The notes below the pieces were generated by a model. The model was not told the origin of the DNA. It worked only from the letters and a program-made list of their open reading frames with translations, and searched no databases. A stretch of 64,000 nt of DNA from positions 1 through 64,000 of IMG/VR virus record IMGVR_UViG_3300044655_001596; one strand, given 5' to 3'. The position numbers were made by a program, and so were the translations under genes. The stretch is from a virus. Within the stretch, counting starts at the first letter, position 1. Each line of letters opens with the position of its first letter. Below are positions 20,184 through 29,387 of the stretch, piece by piece.

Positions 20184-20829
20184 CCTAGACAACATCACAA
20201 TAGACTGGTTCAAGGAAAATATCCCAGACTTTGAAACCAAACATTTTTTCACAGCCGACTGGTTTTCAAACGCTGTTGTAAATTTTGAGTTTGTTAAGGC
20301 GCATGCAGATCAAAAGCTATCGGCAATACTAGAAATTGGTTCACATGAAGGTCGCAGTGCCTGTTGGATGCTGGAAAACTTGCTGGCAGAAGACGGCACA
20401 ATTACTTGTATAGATCCTTTTGGTAACCTACCATTGAATGCCTATACCAATGATGATTTGCCCGAGCACCTGATCATTCGAGACATACACAAACACAATA
20501 CAGATTTAGCAAAGTTGCCCACACAGTCAGTTGAGGTCATGCCTGTCATGAGTTATCATGGTCTAGCACAATTGATTGTGGACCGTCGCGAGTTTGACCT
20601 TATATATGTAGATGGCAGTCATTGTTCAGATGCTGTGTTGGCAGATGCCACTATGGCGTTTGGCTTGCTCAAGACCGGCGGGTTCATGATCTTTGATGAC
20701 TACTTGTGGAACGAATCCCCGGATGTGTTGGACCATCCTAAAATGTCCATTGATGCTTTTGTTAATATGTTTAGAAAGCATATTGCCATTGGCATGATCA
20801 ATTATCAATACGTTATACAGAAAGTTTAA
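20158..20829 (+). CDS. class I SAM-dependent methyltransferase (Methyltransf_24-like)
   Basis: LEIGSHEGRS, FDLIYVDGSH, GGFMIFDDY. Confidence 0.85.
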   Translation: MSSNKNLPDLDNITIDWFKENIPDFETKHFFTADWFSNAVVNFEFVKAHADQKLSAILEIGSHEGRSACWMLENLLAEDGTITCIDPFGNLPLNAYTNDDLPEHLIIRDIHKHNTDLAKLPTQSVEVMPVMSYHGLAQLIVDRREFDLIYVDGSHCSDAVLADATMAFGLLKTGGFMIFDDYLWNESPDVLDHPKMSIDAFVNMFRKHIAIGMINYQYVIQKV

Positions 20830-20830
20830 A

Positions 20831-21136
20831 ATGCAACTAATCGCAACCCCAGGTCAAGTTTACACCTTTAAGTTAAACTCAGGAGAAGAACTCATTGCCA
20901 AAGTCAAACAGGCCGGTGGGGACTGGATTGAAATTACTGATCCAGTTAGTGTGGCTCCGGGTCCACAGGGCATGGGCTTGGTACCCTCAATGTTTACCGC
21001 TGATCCTGGCGCAGAAATCAAGCTAAATACTGCCAGCGTAGCAATTTACGCATTGACAGATGACCCTGTCAAGATGAAATATATTGAAGCCACAACTGGC
21101 ATCAAAGTGCCAGAGAAAAAACTAATACTAGGATAA
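20831..21136 (+). CDS. small Sm-like fold phage protein
   Basis: FKLNSGEELIAKV, Y..ATTGI..P pattern. Confidence 0.6.
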   Translation: MQLIATPGQVYTFKLNSGEELIAKVKQAGGDWIEITDPVSVAPGPQGMGLVPSMFTADPGAEIKLNTASVAIYALTDDPVKMKYIEATTGIKVPEKKLILG

Positions 21137-21137
21137 T

Positions 21138-21419
21138 ATGCCAGCAGTACAGAGAGTAGGTGATGCAAACGGAGCCGGTGGGGTAGCCCAGGGCGGTGTT
21201 GCCTCTGTGCGTGTGAACGGACAACCTATCATTGTGAATGGTAACTCAGTAACTGCTCATGCACCCTGGGGCCGACCACACCCGCCCCATTCAGCAGCAA
21301 CTACCACAGGTGGCAACGGCACAGTCAGAGCTGGCGGCGTACCTGTGGTCACAACTGGATGTGCTGACACCTGCGGACATGCTCGTGCTGGCGGTTCCGG
21401 TGATGTAAGGGCAGGATAA
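21138..21419 (+). CDS. PAAR-repeat spike-tip protein
   Basis: PAVQRVGD, VRVNG.P, H..H, DTCGH. Confidence 0.85.
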   Translation: MPAVQRVGDANGAGGVAQGGVASVRVNGQPIIVNGNSVTAHAPWGRPHPPHSAATTTGGNGTVRAGGVPVVTTGCADTCGHARAGGSGDVRAG

Positions 21420-23485
21420 TGCCTAGCGTACTAACACCACTGCAATTGACCGTTGCGGCATCCATGTTGAACAACACTGGATTAAAAGGATTTCCGTCGG
21501 CATTGCAAACTGCCATTGCCGCATTCAATGCCACCACAGTGATTGGCAATTTTATTGCCGCAGTTAATTTTTATAAATCTCAGTCATTTGCCACCGAATC
21601 AACCTTGACCAGTTTGTTGAGCATTGGCAGTACTGTGTGTCCAGCCTTGGGCAACAGCATACCTGCCAGTCCAGTGGGTACCTACACTTATCTCAACAGA
21701 GAATACTTGATCAATTATCTTGGTGCCGTGGACGGCTCAACCATTGATCCATCGGGATTTTCCAACTTGATTGAGCAAACCTGTGCGGCTTATCTGGGCA
21801 ACGGGGACTATGGCCGATTCAGCCAAGGATTTGTGGCTGTGCAAGGATACATTGCCAGCACCAATGAATACATCAATTCAGCAGTGAATGCCAATCAATT
21901 TCTTGGACCAACCTTTACCAACATGGATTCCTTGACCACTGCAGGAATCAGTGGTGCAAACAGCGACCTTGAAAAATTTGGTGTGGACTTGGCCAAGCAA
22001 GGTAATCTTGTGAATCTTCAAAACCTTGATCTTTACGGCACTCCTGCTGGACTTGTACAACAGATATCTCGCCTGGCTGGAGTCAACAGACAAGCTGTGC
22101 CTGCTGTTCAGTTGGCCATGAATGCGGTGGGACTCACAGACAGCGACATTGAAAACATTGTGACTGACAATCGTGTGGGAATCAATCGACCCAATGGACT
22201 GAGTCAAAACGAATTTGACCGCATACAAAAACTTGCCTACACAGCATTGTCATCAGTATCGGGCGACGACCTAGATCAAATTTTGTCAATCTTGGACGTG
22301 ACCACTCCCAATATAACCAGCCTGGATCAATTGTTGGATCCTACCAAGGTGTTTCCGTTGAGTTATCCCACCATGCTGACTCCCACACCTGCGGGCGCGG
22401 TGCCTATATTTGGCAACGACGGTAGTGTGAATTCCAGTGTCACACCCATTGTCAACTCATATCTACCCACAGCATCGGGTTGTGACGAACTGGGCAAAAT
22501 TATTCCACCTGCTGATGCAGTGGCCAACAAGGCCATTGAAGTGGCCTTGAAACAAATCAACAACATTGGCACAACTACACTGCCCGAATTGGCCAACACA
22601 ATACTTGGCTCTGTTGACCAAGAGTGGGATCCAACGCAAGAATATCTAGCCAATGATGTGGTCAGCGTGGGTTCGCCTGTGCCCACATTTTATCGAGCCA
22701 AATCACCAGGCTGTACTCCGGGCAATTTTGTAGTTCCGCCAGGAGTGGACATTACAAACAGCAACTACTGGTCAGAAACCTCACTGGGCGGTCTCAGTAC
22801 CATGGCTGATCTGCCGCTGATTCAACAACAGACCACACCAGTACCGGCCAGCGTGGCTGCATTTTTTGCAACCGAAGTGGCCACAGGCACAGGGCCATGC
22901 GGAGTACTCACCACCTATGATGTGCTGGGCTTGGCACTAGACAGCAATGACTTTGCCGCACGGCTTACTGACGTCGCTGATATTATTGACGGGCTTGGTA
23001 CTGGCCTAGATGATTTATCTCAAATCTACATTGACATGTTGAGTTCGGCAAATGATGCCGCTATGATAACACTCATTGCTAATGCCAATGCAGAAATAGC
23101 AAGTATTAATTCGGTGCATCCGCCTCAAGTGGCGACAATGAACACAGCCTGGACCTACATGGCCAACTTGATGAATTTAAGCGCCAAGTATACCAGCCAA
23201 GCCGGAGTTGATTATTTCTTGTTGCAAGCAGGCGATGCAAACAGCACCAAGAGTTTTGTGCAAAATTTGGCCTACTATGGTCGTCTCACTGCCCAAGGTG
23301 ATGCTGCTGAGTTTTTGGAAAACCTAGCAGACACCACAACACTAGGCGGCCAGGCCATCATTGGTGCCATGAGAGAAGGCCGCAATCAGGAACGGTTGAA
23401 TGCCAGAGGCTTGTACAATAACACTCAGGTACCTAGTGATGCAGTGGTGGCACCAATTCCGGTAATACTCCCAGTTAACACATAA
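21419..23485 (+). CDS. large virion structural protein (baseplate hub/tail-associated)
   Basis: 688 aa coupled to PAAR gene; AMREGRN near C-terminus. Confidence 0.55.
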   Translation: MPSVLTPLQLTVAASMLNNTGLKGFPSALQTAIAAFNATTVIGNFIAAVNFYKSQSFATESTLTSLLSIGSTVCPALGNSIPASPVGTYTYLNREYLINYLGAVDGSTIDPSGFSNLIEQTCAAYLGNGDYGRFSQGFVAVQGYIASTNEYINSAVNANQFLGPTFTNMDSLTTAGISGANSDLEKFGVDLAKQGNLVNLQNLDLYGTPAGLVQQISRLAGVNRQAVPAVQLAMNAVGLTDSDIENIVTDNRVGINRPNGLSQNEFDRIQKLAYTALSSVSGDDLDQILSILDVTTPNITSLDQLLDPTKVFPLSYPTMLTPTPAGAVPIFGNDGSVNSSVTPIVNSYLPTASGCDELGKIIPPADAVANKAIEVALKQINNIGTTTLPELANTILGSVDQEWDPTQEYLANDVVSVGSPVPTFYRAKSPGCTPGNFVVPPGVDITNSNYWSETSLGGLSTMADLPLIQQQTTPVPASVAAFFATEVATGTGPCGVLTTYDVLGLALDSNDFAARLTDVADIIDGLGTGLDDLSQIYIDMLSSANDAAMITLIANANAEIASINSVHPPQVATMNTAWTYMANLMNLSAKYTSQAGVDYFLLQAGDANSTKSFVQNLAYYGRLTAQGDAAEFLENLADTTTLGGQAIIGAMREGRNQERLNARGLYNNTQVPSDAVVAPIPVILPVNT

Positions 23486-23512
23486 AACGGCTACTTTGAG
23501 GTTGATTTTGTG

Positions 23513-23541
23513 TTGACTTAGTACAAACACTGCTATATAAT
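23513..23541 (+). promoter_or_regulatory. sigma70 promoter of porin gene
   Basis: TTGACT-N17-TATAAT. Confidence 0.7.
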
Positions 23542-23583
23542 ACAGATTGACTTATGTCATTCTACTTTTAAAAGGAAAAACTA

Positions 23584-24681
23584 ATGAAGAAAATCTTCGC
23601 AATCATGATTGCACTTGCGGCTACCTCTGTGTTTGCTCAAAGTGCTGTCAACATCACTGGCTTGGTTGACACCGGCCTGTTGTTCACCAATGCAGCCACT
23701 GGTGTCAATACCAAAGGCCTTGCGGCCAACAATTCATCTACCACAGTGCTTACTATCGGAGGCACTGAGGATTTGGGCAGCGGCCTACGTGCCAATTTCA
23801 AACTGCAACTCACACCTGATTTTATTAATGGTGCTGGTGTTGAAGGCACCTCATACAACTCAACCACAGCAGGCACTGTGGGTGTTGGTCAAGAAGCCTT
23901 TATCGGTACAGAAGCCAATTGGGGCACTGTGAAACTTGGTCGTGTGAACTCAAACATCTTGGAAACATGGCTCAACGGCTCAGCACTCGGGACTGCTATT
24001 GGTTCAGGTTATGGATCAAACGGTAACATCTTTACTCGTTACAGTGCCACAGCAACTCACACAGCACAATCTGCACCCACACGTTTCAATGGAGCCATTC
24101 GTTATGAATCTCCTGCAGTAGCAGGTTTTAGTGGTTCTTATTTGTATGTGCCACCCAGTGCCAGCGTCAATGCTCAGAGTGTGGTTGACTATGGTGTAAA
24201 ATATGCCAATGGTCCTTTGAGTGTGCAGTATGCCTCTCAACGTATTGAACAATCAGGCACTTTGGCCACCACCACAGCATCATTTATTACCCCTGGTTCA
24301 CAGGCCTTAGAAGCCGGTACCAACAACACTCTTAGCCTGTTGTCGGCCAACTACCAGATTGGTGCCGCAACTGTGTATGGTGCTCGTTGGACAGAAAAAC
24401 AAAACACTGCCACCGCCATTGACCAGGTTGGACAGATGTTTGGTGCCAAGTACACCGTCGGTGCTACCAGCTTCATGATTTCAACTGGTTCCAGCAACGA
24501 AAAGAGCACAGCCAATGTAGACAAGAAAATTCTTGGGTACGGTGTGAATCATGACCTAAGCAAAAGAACCACCTTGTATGCACGTCTTGATACTCGTGAT
24601 GCTGACACTAACACAGCAGGTGCCACAGCCGCTGCTGGTGTAACAAAGCGCACCGCAGTTGGTATACGCCACACGTTCTAA
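23584..24681 (+). CDS. Gram-negative trimeric porin (Burkholderiales/Neisseria type)
   Basis: Signal peptide, GTEDLGSGL.A.F.L, LSKRTTLYA, C-terminal VGIRHTF. Confidence 0.9.
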   Translation: MKKIFAIMIALAATSVFAQSAVNITGLVDTGLLFTNAATGVNTKGLAANNSSTTVLTIGGTEDLGSGLRANFKLQLTPDFINGAGVEGTSYNSTTAGTVGVGQEAFIGTEANWGTVKLGRVNSNILETWLNGSALGTAIGSGYGSNGNIFTRYSATATHTAQSAPTRFNGAIRYESPAVAGFSGSYLYVPPSASVNAQSVVDYGVKYANGPLSVQYASQRIEQSGTLATTTASFITPGSQALEAGTNNTLSLLSANYQIGAATVYGARWTEKQNTATAIDQVGQMFGAKYTVGATSFMISTGSSNEKSTANVDKKILGYGVNHDLSKRTTLYARLDTRDADTNTAGATAAAGVTKRTAVGIRHTF

Positions 24682-24723
24682 TACCAAAGTACTACTGATC
24701 AAAAAGTAATACTCAAGTACTAC
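24679..24723. promoter_or_regulatory. tandem TAATACnnAAGTACTAC putative operator
   Basis: Two copies; AAGTACTAC motif recurs near 44885, 52235, 52588 and 61112 (reverse). Confidence 0.6.
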
Positions 24724-24753
24724 AAAAGCCCTTCTGCGTGTAGGGCTTTTTTT
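24724..24753 (+). terminator. Rho-independent terminator / stem-loop of promoter cassette
   Basis: AAAAGCCCT..AGGGCTTTTTTT. Confidence 0.8.
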
Positions 24754-24757
24754 ATGG

Positions 24758-24786
24758 TTGACCGATAATTGCTCTTTTGCTATAAT
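24758..24786 (+). promoter_or_regulatory. phage early promoter
   Basis: GGTTGACC-N17-TATAAT family. Confidence 0.8.
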
Positions 24787-24792
24787 TAGAAC

Positions 24793-24918
24793 ATGAAAAC
24801 AAAAAAGGAAAAGAAGATGACAAAAAACAAAAAGCCAACCCTGGGAGAACTGTTCCGCAAACGACTGGGACTCAAGCCAACTCTAAATCAGTTGTTGGTC
24901 AAGCGGTTGCGTGGTTGA
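24793..24918 (+). CDS. basic micro-protein (41 aa; alternative start 24817)
   Basis: MKTKKEKKMTKNKKPTLGELFRKRLGLKPTLNQLLVKRLRG; lies between two early promoters; absent from ORF track. Confidence 0.5.
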   Translation: MKTKKEKKMTKNKKPTLGELFRKRLGLKPTLNQLLVKRLRG

Positions 24919-24943
24919 CCGAATATTCCCAATTTGTTATAAT
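24915..24943 (+). promoter_or_regulatory. phage early promoter
   Basis: GGTTGACC-N17-TATAAT. Confidence 0.8.
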
Positions 24944-24973
24944 ACTTGTACAGAAACTTAACAGGAGACCAAG

Positions 24974-25258
24974 ATGGAAAAACTCAGCACTATTCAGCAA
25001 ATCAATTCTGCTATCATGTTTGGTAATCTTTCTAATGTAGAACTGGAATCTGTAATTTCGGCAGTGAAGTTTGCACGGGCCAGCCTGGCCAAGCAAAACA
25101 AACGAGCATTCCAGCCAGGCGACTCTGTGAAGTTCACCAGCAATCGCAATGGCCTGACTTATGTTGGCACAGTTAACAAAGTCAAAATCAAATTTATTCT
25201 TGTCAAGACCAATGCAGGCTTGTTCAATGTACCAGCCAACATGCTGGAGGCCGCATGA
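24974..25258 (+). CDS. early hypothetical protein (SH3/KOW-like C-terminus)
   Basis: AGGAG RBS; GDSVKF..G.V.KV. Confidence 0.7.
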   Translation: MEKLSTIQQINSAIMFGNLSNVELESVISAVKFARASLAKQNKRAFQPGDSVKFTSNRNGLTYVGTVNKVKIKFILVKTNAGLFNVPANMLEAA

Positions 25259-25413
25259 CATTCCGTGCATGGTTGCGAGAGATGTGGTATGACCACCTCG
25301 ACGAACTACAATCACTGGGTATGTTGCCACCCAAGTATGAGTTGAAAGAATACTTCAACAAATACAAATATTGGCTCAAGCGTGAATACCGTCATCAACA
25401 AGGAGCAAAATAA
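25255..25413 (+). CDS. small hypothetical protein (52 aa)
   Basis: ATGA/TAATG coupling on both sides; absent from ORF track. Confidence 0.65.
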   Translation: MTFRAWLREMWYDHLDELQSLGMLPPKYELKEYFNKYKYWLKREYRHQQGAK

Positions 25414-25769
25414 TGGGTCTCGACATGTATGCATACACCGCCGCCAAGGCCAATGCAGACTACGAAACTGGTCAACGTGAACTTGCCTACTGGCGTAAAC
25501 ATCCTAACCTACATGGTTGGATGGAACAACTTGCTGAATCTAAAAATGTAGAGTACAGTACATTCAACGGCGTTGAACTAGAACTCACTTGGGAGGATCT
25601 AGACAAACTGGAACATGCAATAACGCACAATCAACTGCCTCCCACACGAGGTTTCTTCTTTGGTGATTTTGCAGACGACTACTACAAAGCACAAGATCTT
25701 GAGTTCATCAAGAAGGCCCGAGCAGAATTGTTCTTGGGTTTAAAAGTGTTTTATAACTCCTCATGGTAA
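25413..25769 (+). CDS. conserved phage hypothetical protein (MGLDMY..YWRKH family)
   Basis: Motif pattern; AGGAG RBS. Confidence 0.75.
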   Translation: MGLDMYAYTAAKANADYETGQRELAYWRKHPNLHGWMEQLAESKNVEYSTFNGVELELTWEDLDKLEHAITHNQLPPTRGFFFGDFADDYYKAQDLEFIKKARAELFLGLKVFYNSSW

Positions 25770-25780
25770 GGCTGTAAATA

Positions 25781-27154
25781 ATGAATGAAACTGACTTCTC
25801 AAACGAAAGGTTTGACAGCATAGTGGCGGCAGGTTGGATCCGTGATCTAGAAAGTTCGGACAGTCGCATACACAAAGAAAAAACAATTGAAAAAGCATTG
25901 ATGGCCGCCAAACTGGGCAGTGCCGATGCACAATGTTTCCTCTTTAATTGCTACCAGGCTTACAATCCTTTCTACACATTTAACATCCGTCAGGTGCCTG
26001 AGACTGAGGGCCTGACTGGTAGGCCTAACCCTTGGACAAAATTTTGGGCCTTGTTGGAAGCCCTGCGCACACGATACATCACAGGCAATCGTGCCCGTGA
26101 CAGTGTTGAATCTCTTAGCCAAGAGTTTGACTCAGATGAGTGGAACAACTTGGCTCGGCGTGTGATGATTAAAGATCTACGATGCGGAATCTCAGAAAAG
26201 ACCTTGAACAAAGTGCTGGGCAAGACCGAATACAAGATTCCTGTGTTTACTTGCCAGCTGGCACAAGACTCCACAGACCAACCCAAGAAACTAAAAGGCA
26301 TCAAACGTCTGGAAGTCAAGCTGGATGGTGTGCGTGTGTTGGCAGTGGTTGATGGCAGTAATGTTACCTTGTTCAGCCGTAATGGCAAAGAGTTTGAAAA
26401 CTTTCCGCAGATTGCAGATGCTGTAGAAGATGCTCGCAAACACTTCCAATATGGTCGTGGTACCGGTGGGCGTTTTGTACTAGATGGCGAGATTGTGGGC
26501 GAGAGCTTCCAGAAGCTGATGAAACAAGCACACCGCAAAAGTGATGCCCGAACTGATGGTATGGTTTATCACATTTTTGATATCATTCCGTTGGATAGTT
26601 TCCAAGAAGGGCATTGTAACATACAACAGTACAAACGCATTGAATGGATTGATAGTGCCAAGGAGCGTCTGCTTGAAACACCCTGCCTGCGTATTATGAA
26701 TGGGCTAGAAGTGAACTTGGACACAGCCGAAGGTCATGATATCATGCAACGGTTCGCTGAAGCATCAGTGGCAGAAGGTTTCGAAGGCATTATGATCAAG
26801 AGCATGGATGCACCTTATGAGTGCAAACGTTCAGACTTTTGGATGAAATGGAAGCCTACAATTAGTGTTGATCTCAATATTGTGGGTTTTGAGCAAGGAA
26901 CAGGTCGCAATGAAAATCGACTTGGTGCTATAATTTGTGAAGGAGAAGACAATGACCGTAGAATTCGCGTTAATGTTGGTAGCGGCTTTAGTGATGCTCT
27001 TCGTGATGAGTATTGGGCCGCAAGGGATAACTTGCTTGGTCACTTGGTTGAAGTCCAAGCGGACGCAGTCACACAAAACCAAGACGGAACATACTCCCTG
27101 AGATTTCCGCGCTTTTTGCGCTTCCGTGATTTTGATGCAGGAAATAAATTATGA
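25781..27154 (+). CDS. ATP-dependent DNA ligase
   Basis: EVKLDGVR, LDGEI, EGIMIK, WMKWK, SLRFPRF. Confidence 0.95.
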   Translation: MNETDFSNERFDSIVAAGWIRDLESSDSRIHKEKTIEKALMAAKLGSADAQCFLFNCYQAYNPFYTFNIRQVPETEGLTGRPNPWTKFWALLEALRTRYITGNRARDSVESLSQEFDSDEWNNLARRVMIKDLRCGISEKTLNKVLGKTEYKIPVFTCQLAQDSTDQPKKLKGIKRLEVKLDGVRVLAVVDGSNVTLFSRNGKEFENFPQIADAVEDARKHFQYGRGTGGRFVLDGEIVGESFQKLMKQAHRKSDARTDGMVYHIFDIIPLDSFQEGHCNIQQYKRIEWIDSAKERLLETPCLRIMNGLEVNLDTAEGHDIMQRFAEASVAEGFEGIMIKSMDAPYECKRSDFWMKWKPTISVDLNIVGFEQGTGRNENRLGAIICEGEDNDRRIRVNVGSGFSDALRDEYWAARDNLLGHLVEVQADAVTQNQDGTYSLRFPRFLRFRDFDAGNKL

Positions 27155-27570
27155 AAATTGGACTCAGTTACAGCCGTTGTGTTCGTGACATTGTTGACGG
27201 CAAGGTAGACATCAATGATGTTCTGGTCATTGTTGCTCGCACAGACTTTGATCCACGTGATGATGCACAATGGTCGGGTATCTGGGCAGGCTATAGTGGC
27301 GGCTCATTTCTAAACACAAATATGGAATGGGGCGATACTGATTACACGGAACAAGATTTCCGTGATGTCAGTATTGAATTATGGAATCAAGGCAAGTTCC
27401 ACCAGCCCCGCAAGTTCGGTGCTCACCCCCGACGCCTGCCGTACTACTGGTTAGAAACTGTGGTATCAGACAGCGACCTAGAAAACTCGCCCACTGTAAA
27501 AGACGCTTGGAACAAATTCCAACTGGTATCTGGCCTTCGAGGCACCCCACTGAAAGCACACAATGAGTAA
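27151..27570 (+). CDS. hypothetical protein
   Basis: ATGA overlap. Confidence 0.7.
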   Translation: MKIGLSYSRCVRDIVDGKVDINDVLVIVARTDFDPRDDAQWSGIWAGYSGGSFLNTNMEWGDTDYTEQDFRDVSIELWNQGKFHQPRKFGAHPRRLPYYWLETVVSDSDLENSPTVKDAWNKFQLVSGLRGTPLKAHNE

Positions 27571-27790
27571 ACGAGTTGGACCCATCACCCTGGACGGCGA
27601 CGCCGCTGATCGCATTACTTTGCTTAACTTGAAAGAGTTCCGTGGCTATCTCAAGAAAGAGCTCAGTGACTGGAAAAAGAATCCCAAAACTGAAGACAAT
27701 CCCAACGGCTATTGGTTGCATCCTGAAGACGTTGGCAACAACATCCGCATAATCGAAGCATTGAACCTAGTGATCAAACAATACGAATGA
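27563..27790 (+). CDS. hypothetical protein
   Basis: Part of tightly packed operon. Confidence 0.65.
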   Translation: MSKRVGPITLDGDAADRITLLNLKEFRGYLKKELSDWKKNPKTEDNPNGYWLHPEDVGNNIRIIEALNLVIKQYE

Positions 27791-28017
27791 CAACAAAATC
27801 AGCAAAAGGCCTGCGTGGTCACATTATCGACAGCCTTGACGGCACCTATTATTTTCGGGTGTATGATGCTGATCACAACTTTACAGATTACCTGTTGCGT
27901 CATTGCGATTTGACTGTGGTAATTGATGATGAAGATGCATACTTGTATGAAGACGAATTTAGTGCAACACTAGATCACAGTCCAGGAACATTAGGAATAA
28001 AAGACGATGGTACTTGA
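27787..28017 (+). CDS. hypothetical protein
   Basis: ATGA overlap. Confidence 0.65.
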   Translation: MTTKSAKGLRGHIIDSLDGTYYFRVYDADHNFTDYLLRHCDLTVVIDDEDAYLYEDEFSATLDHSPGTLGIKDDGT

Positions 28018-28126
28018 GATATTTTTGTACGGTTTTATCTCAGCATTTGGTTGGTGGAGTGCCACACACTATGTGATTGAGCCGCACTTTCCACCACCCA
28101 TTGAAAAGAAAGTGGAACAAAAGTGA
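28007..28126 (+). CDS. small membrane protein (39 aa)
   Basis: MVLEIFLYGFISAFGWWSATHYVIEP..; fills gap, GTGA overlap downstream. Confidence 0.55.
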   Translation: MVLEIFLYGFISAFGWWSATHYVIEPHFPPPIEKKVEQK

Positions 28127-28581
28127 AAAAAATCTACTACGAAAAACGTGGTCGCAGGTACGTGCCTGTCGCTGAAAATGACTATGACATGTTTGATGCC
28201 ATGCCAAAAGGCGCACATCTTGTGATGTGCTATCCTGGTGGACAAAGCAAACGCTACAACATCAACCCTAACTATGCGGCCTTGATTGCCGCTGGGCGTG
28301 TTGCTGAGGATGCAATGAGCGAAGCCATTCGCAAGGCCAGCGAACTGCGACCACAAAAAACCACTATTACCCCAGGACAAAAGCAAGCCTGGGAAAAGTT
28401 GGCCAAAGAGTTTGGTAGTGAATTAGCCACATTGCAAATCAGTAGTGCCAGAGATATTGCCGAAGCAGGATTGAAAGCATTGCAAGCAGAAGCAGATAAA
28501 TTAATGCAACACGAAAGTGTAAAAAGTGCATACGAACAATTCCTGTTGGTATGCGAATTAACCAAGAAGGAGAATGCATAA
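28123..28581 (+). CDS. hypothetical protein
   Basis: 152 aa, GTG start. Confidence 0.7.
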   Translation: MKKIYYEKRGRRYVPVAENDYDMFDAMPKGAHLVMCYPGGQSKRYNINPNYAALIAAGRVAEDAMSEAIRKASELRPQKTTITPGQKQAWEKLAKEFGSELATLQISSARDIAEAGLKALQAEADKLMQHESVKSAYEQFLLVCELTKKENA

Positions 28582-29276
28582 TGTATGCAACAACAGTTGA
28601 CAGTTATCGAGACGCCGCAGGCGTAAACCAGGCCATGGGCCGAGTATATGGCCATATGGCGCTGGCTGTGCTAACCAGCATGCTTGTGAGCATGTTTGTG
28701 GGCATGAACCCAGAACTGGTTGAGTTTTTCTTTACCGGCATCATGAAGTGGGTAGTGATCTTTGCACCACTTGCGGCAGTGTTTGTGGTTGCACCTGTAC
28801 TGGCCAGTAACCCAACACCTCCGGTGGCCATGGCGGCTCTACACGGCTTTGCGGCCTTGATGGGTCTGAGCTTTGCAATGATCTTTGTGATCTACACCAT
28901 GGGATCGATCTTTACTGCCTTCATGGGTGCGGCTGTGCTTTTTGGCACCATGAGTGGGTATGGTTATTTTACCAAACAAAGTCTTGATTCAGTAGGCAAG
29001 TATGCCTTTGTCGCTTTGATCGCCATCTGCATTGCCAGTATAGTTAATATCTTTATTGGCAGCACCGTGATGCAGATGGTGATCTCCGCAATTGCAATCT
29101 TGGTGTTTTTGGCACTCACGGCCTACGACACTCAAACCATTCGTGAAAGAGTATCACGTGAAGATAGCACCTATGGTGATGAAGTGTCTGGAGCACTGAG
29201 TTTGTACCTGGACTTTATCAATATCTTTATTCACTTGCTCCAGTTGTTTGGAATTATGAACAACAAAGACGACTAA
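28581..29276 (+). CDS. Bax inhibitor-1/YccA family membrane protein
   Basis: Seven hydrophobic segments, AYDTQ, GALSLYLDFINIF; AGGAG RBS. Confidence 0.9.
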   Translation: MYATTVDSYRDAAGVNQAMGRVYGHMALAVLTSMLVSMFVGMNPELVEFFFTGIMKWVVIFAPLAAVFVVAPVLASNPTPPVAMAALHGFAALMGLSFAMIFVIYTMGSIFTAFMGAAVLFGTMSGYGYFTKQSLDSVGKYAFVALIAICIASIVNIFIGSTVMQMVISAIAILVFLALTAYDTQTIRERVSREDSTYGDEVSGALSLYLDFINIFIHLLQLFGIMNNKDD

Positions 29277-29386
29277 TGTACATCTCATCCAGGAATCTTG
29301 AAATACAATTGCCCTGGGAGCCAGGCCTGTTGGAATGGTTGCAAGAACACTACCCAGTTTCGGGTTATTTTTTAGTAGAGGACTAG
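29276..29386 (+). CDS. small hypothetical protein (36 aa)
   Basis: TAATG coupling, fills gap. Confidence 0.5.
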   Translation: MYISSRNLEIQLPWEPGLLEWLQEHYPVSGYFLVED

Positions 29387-29387
29387 C

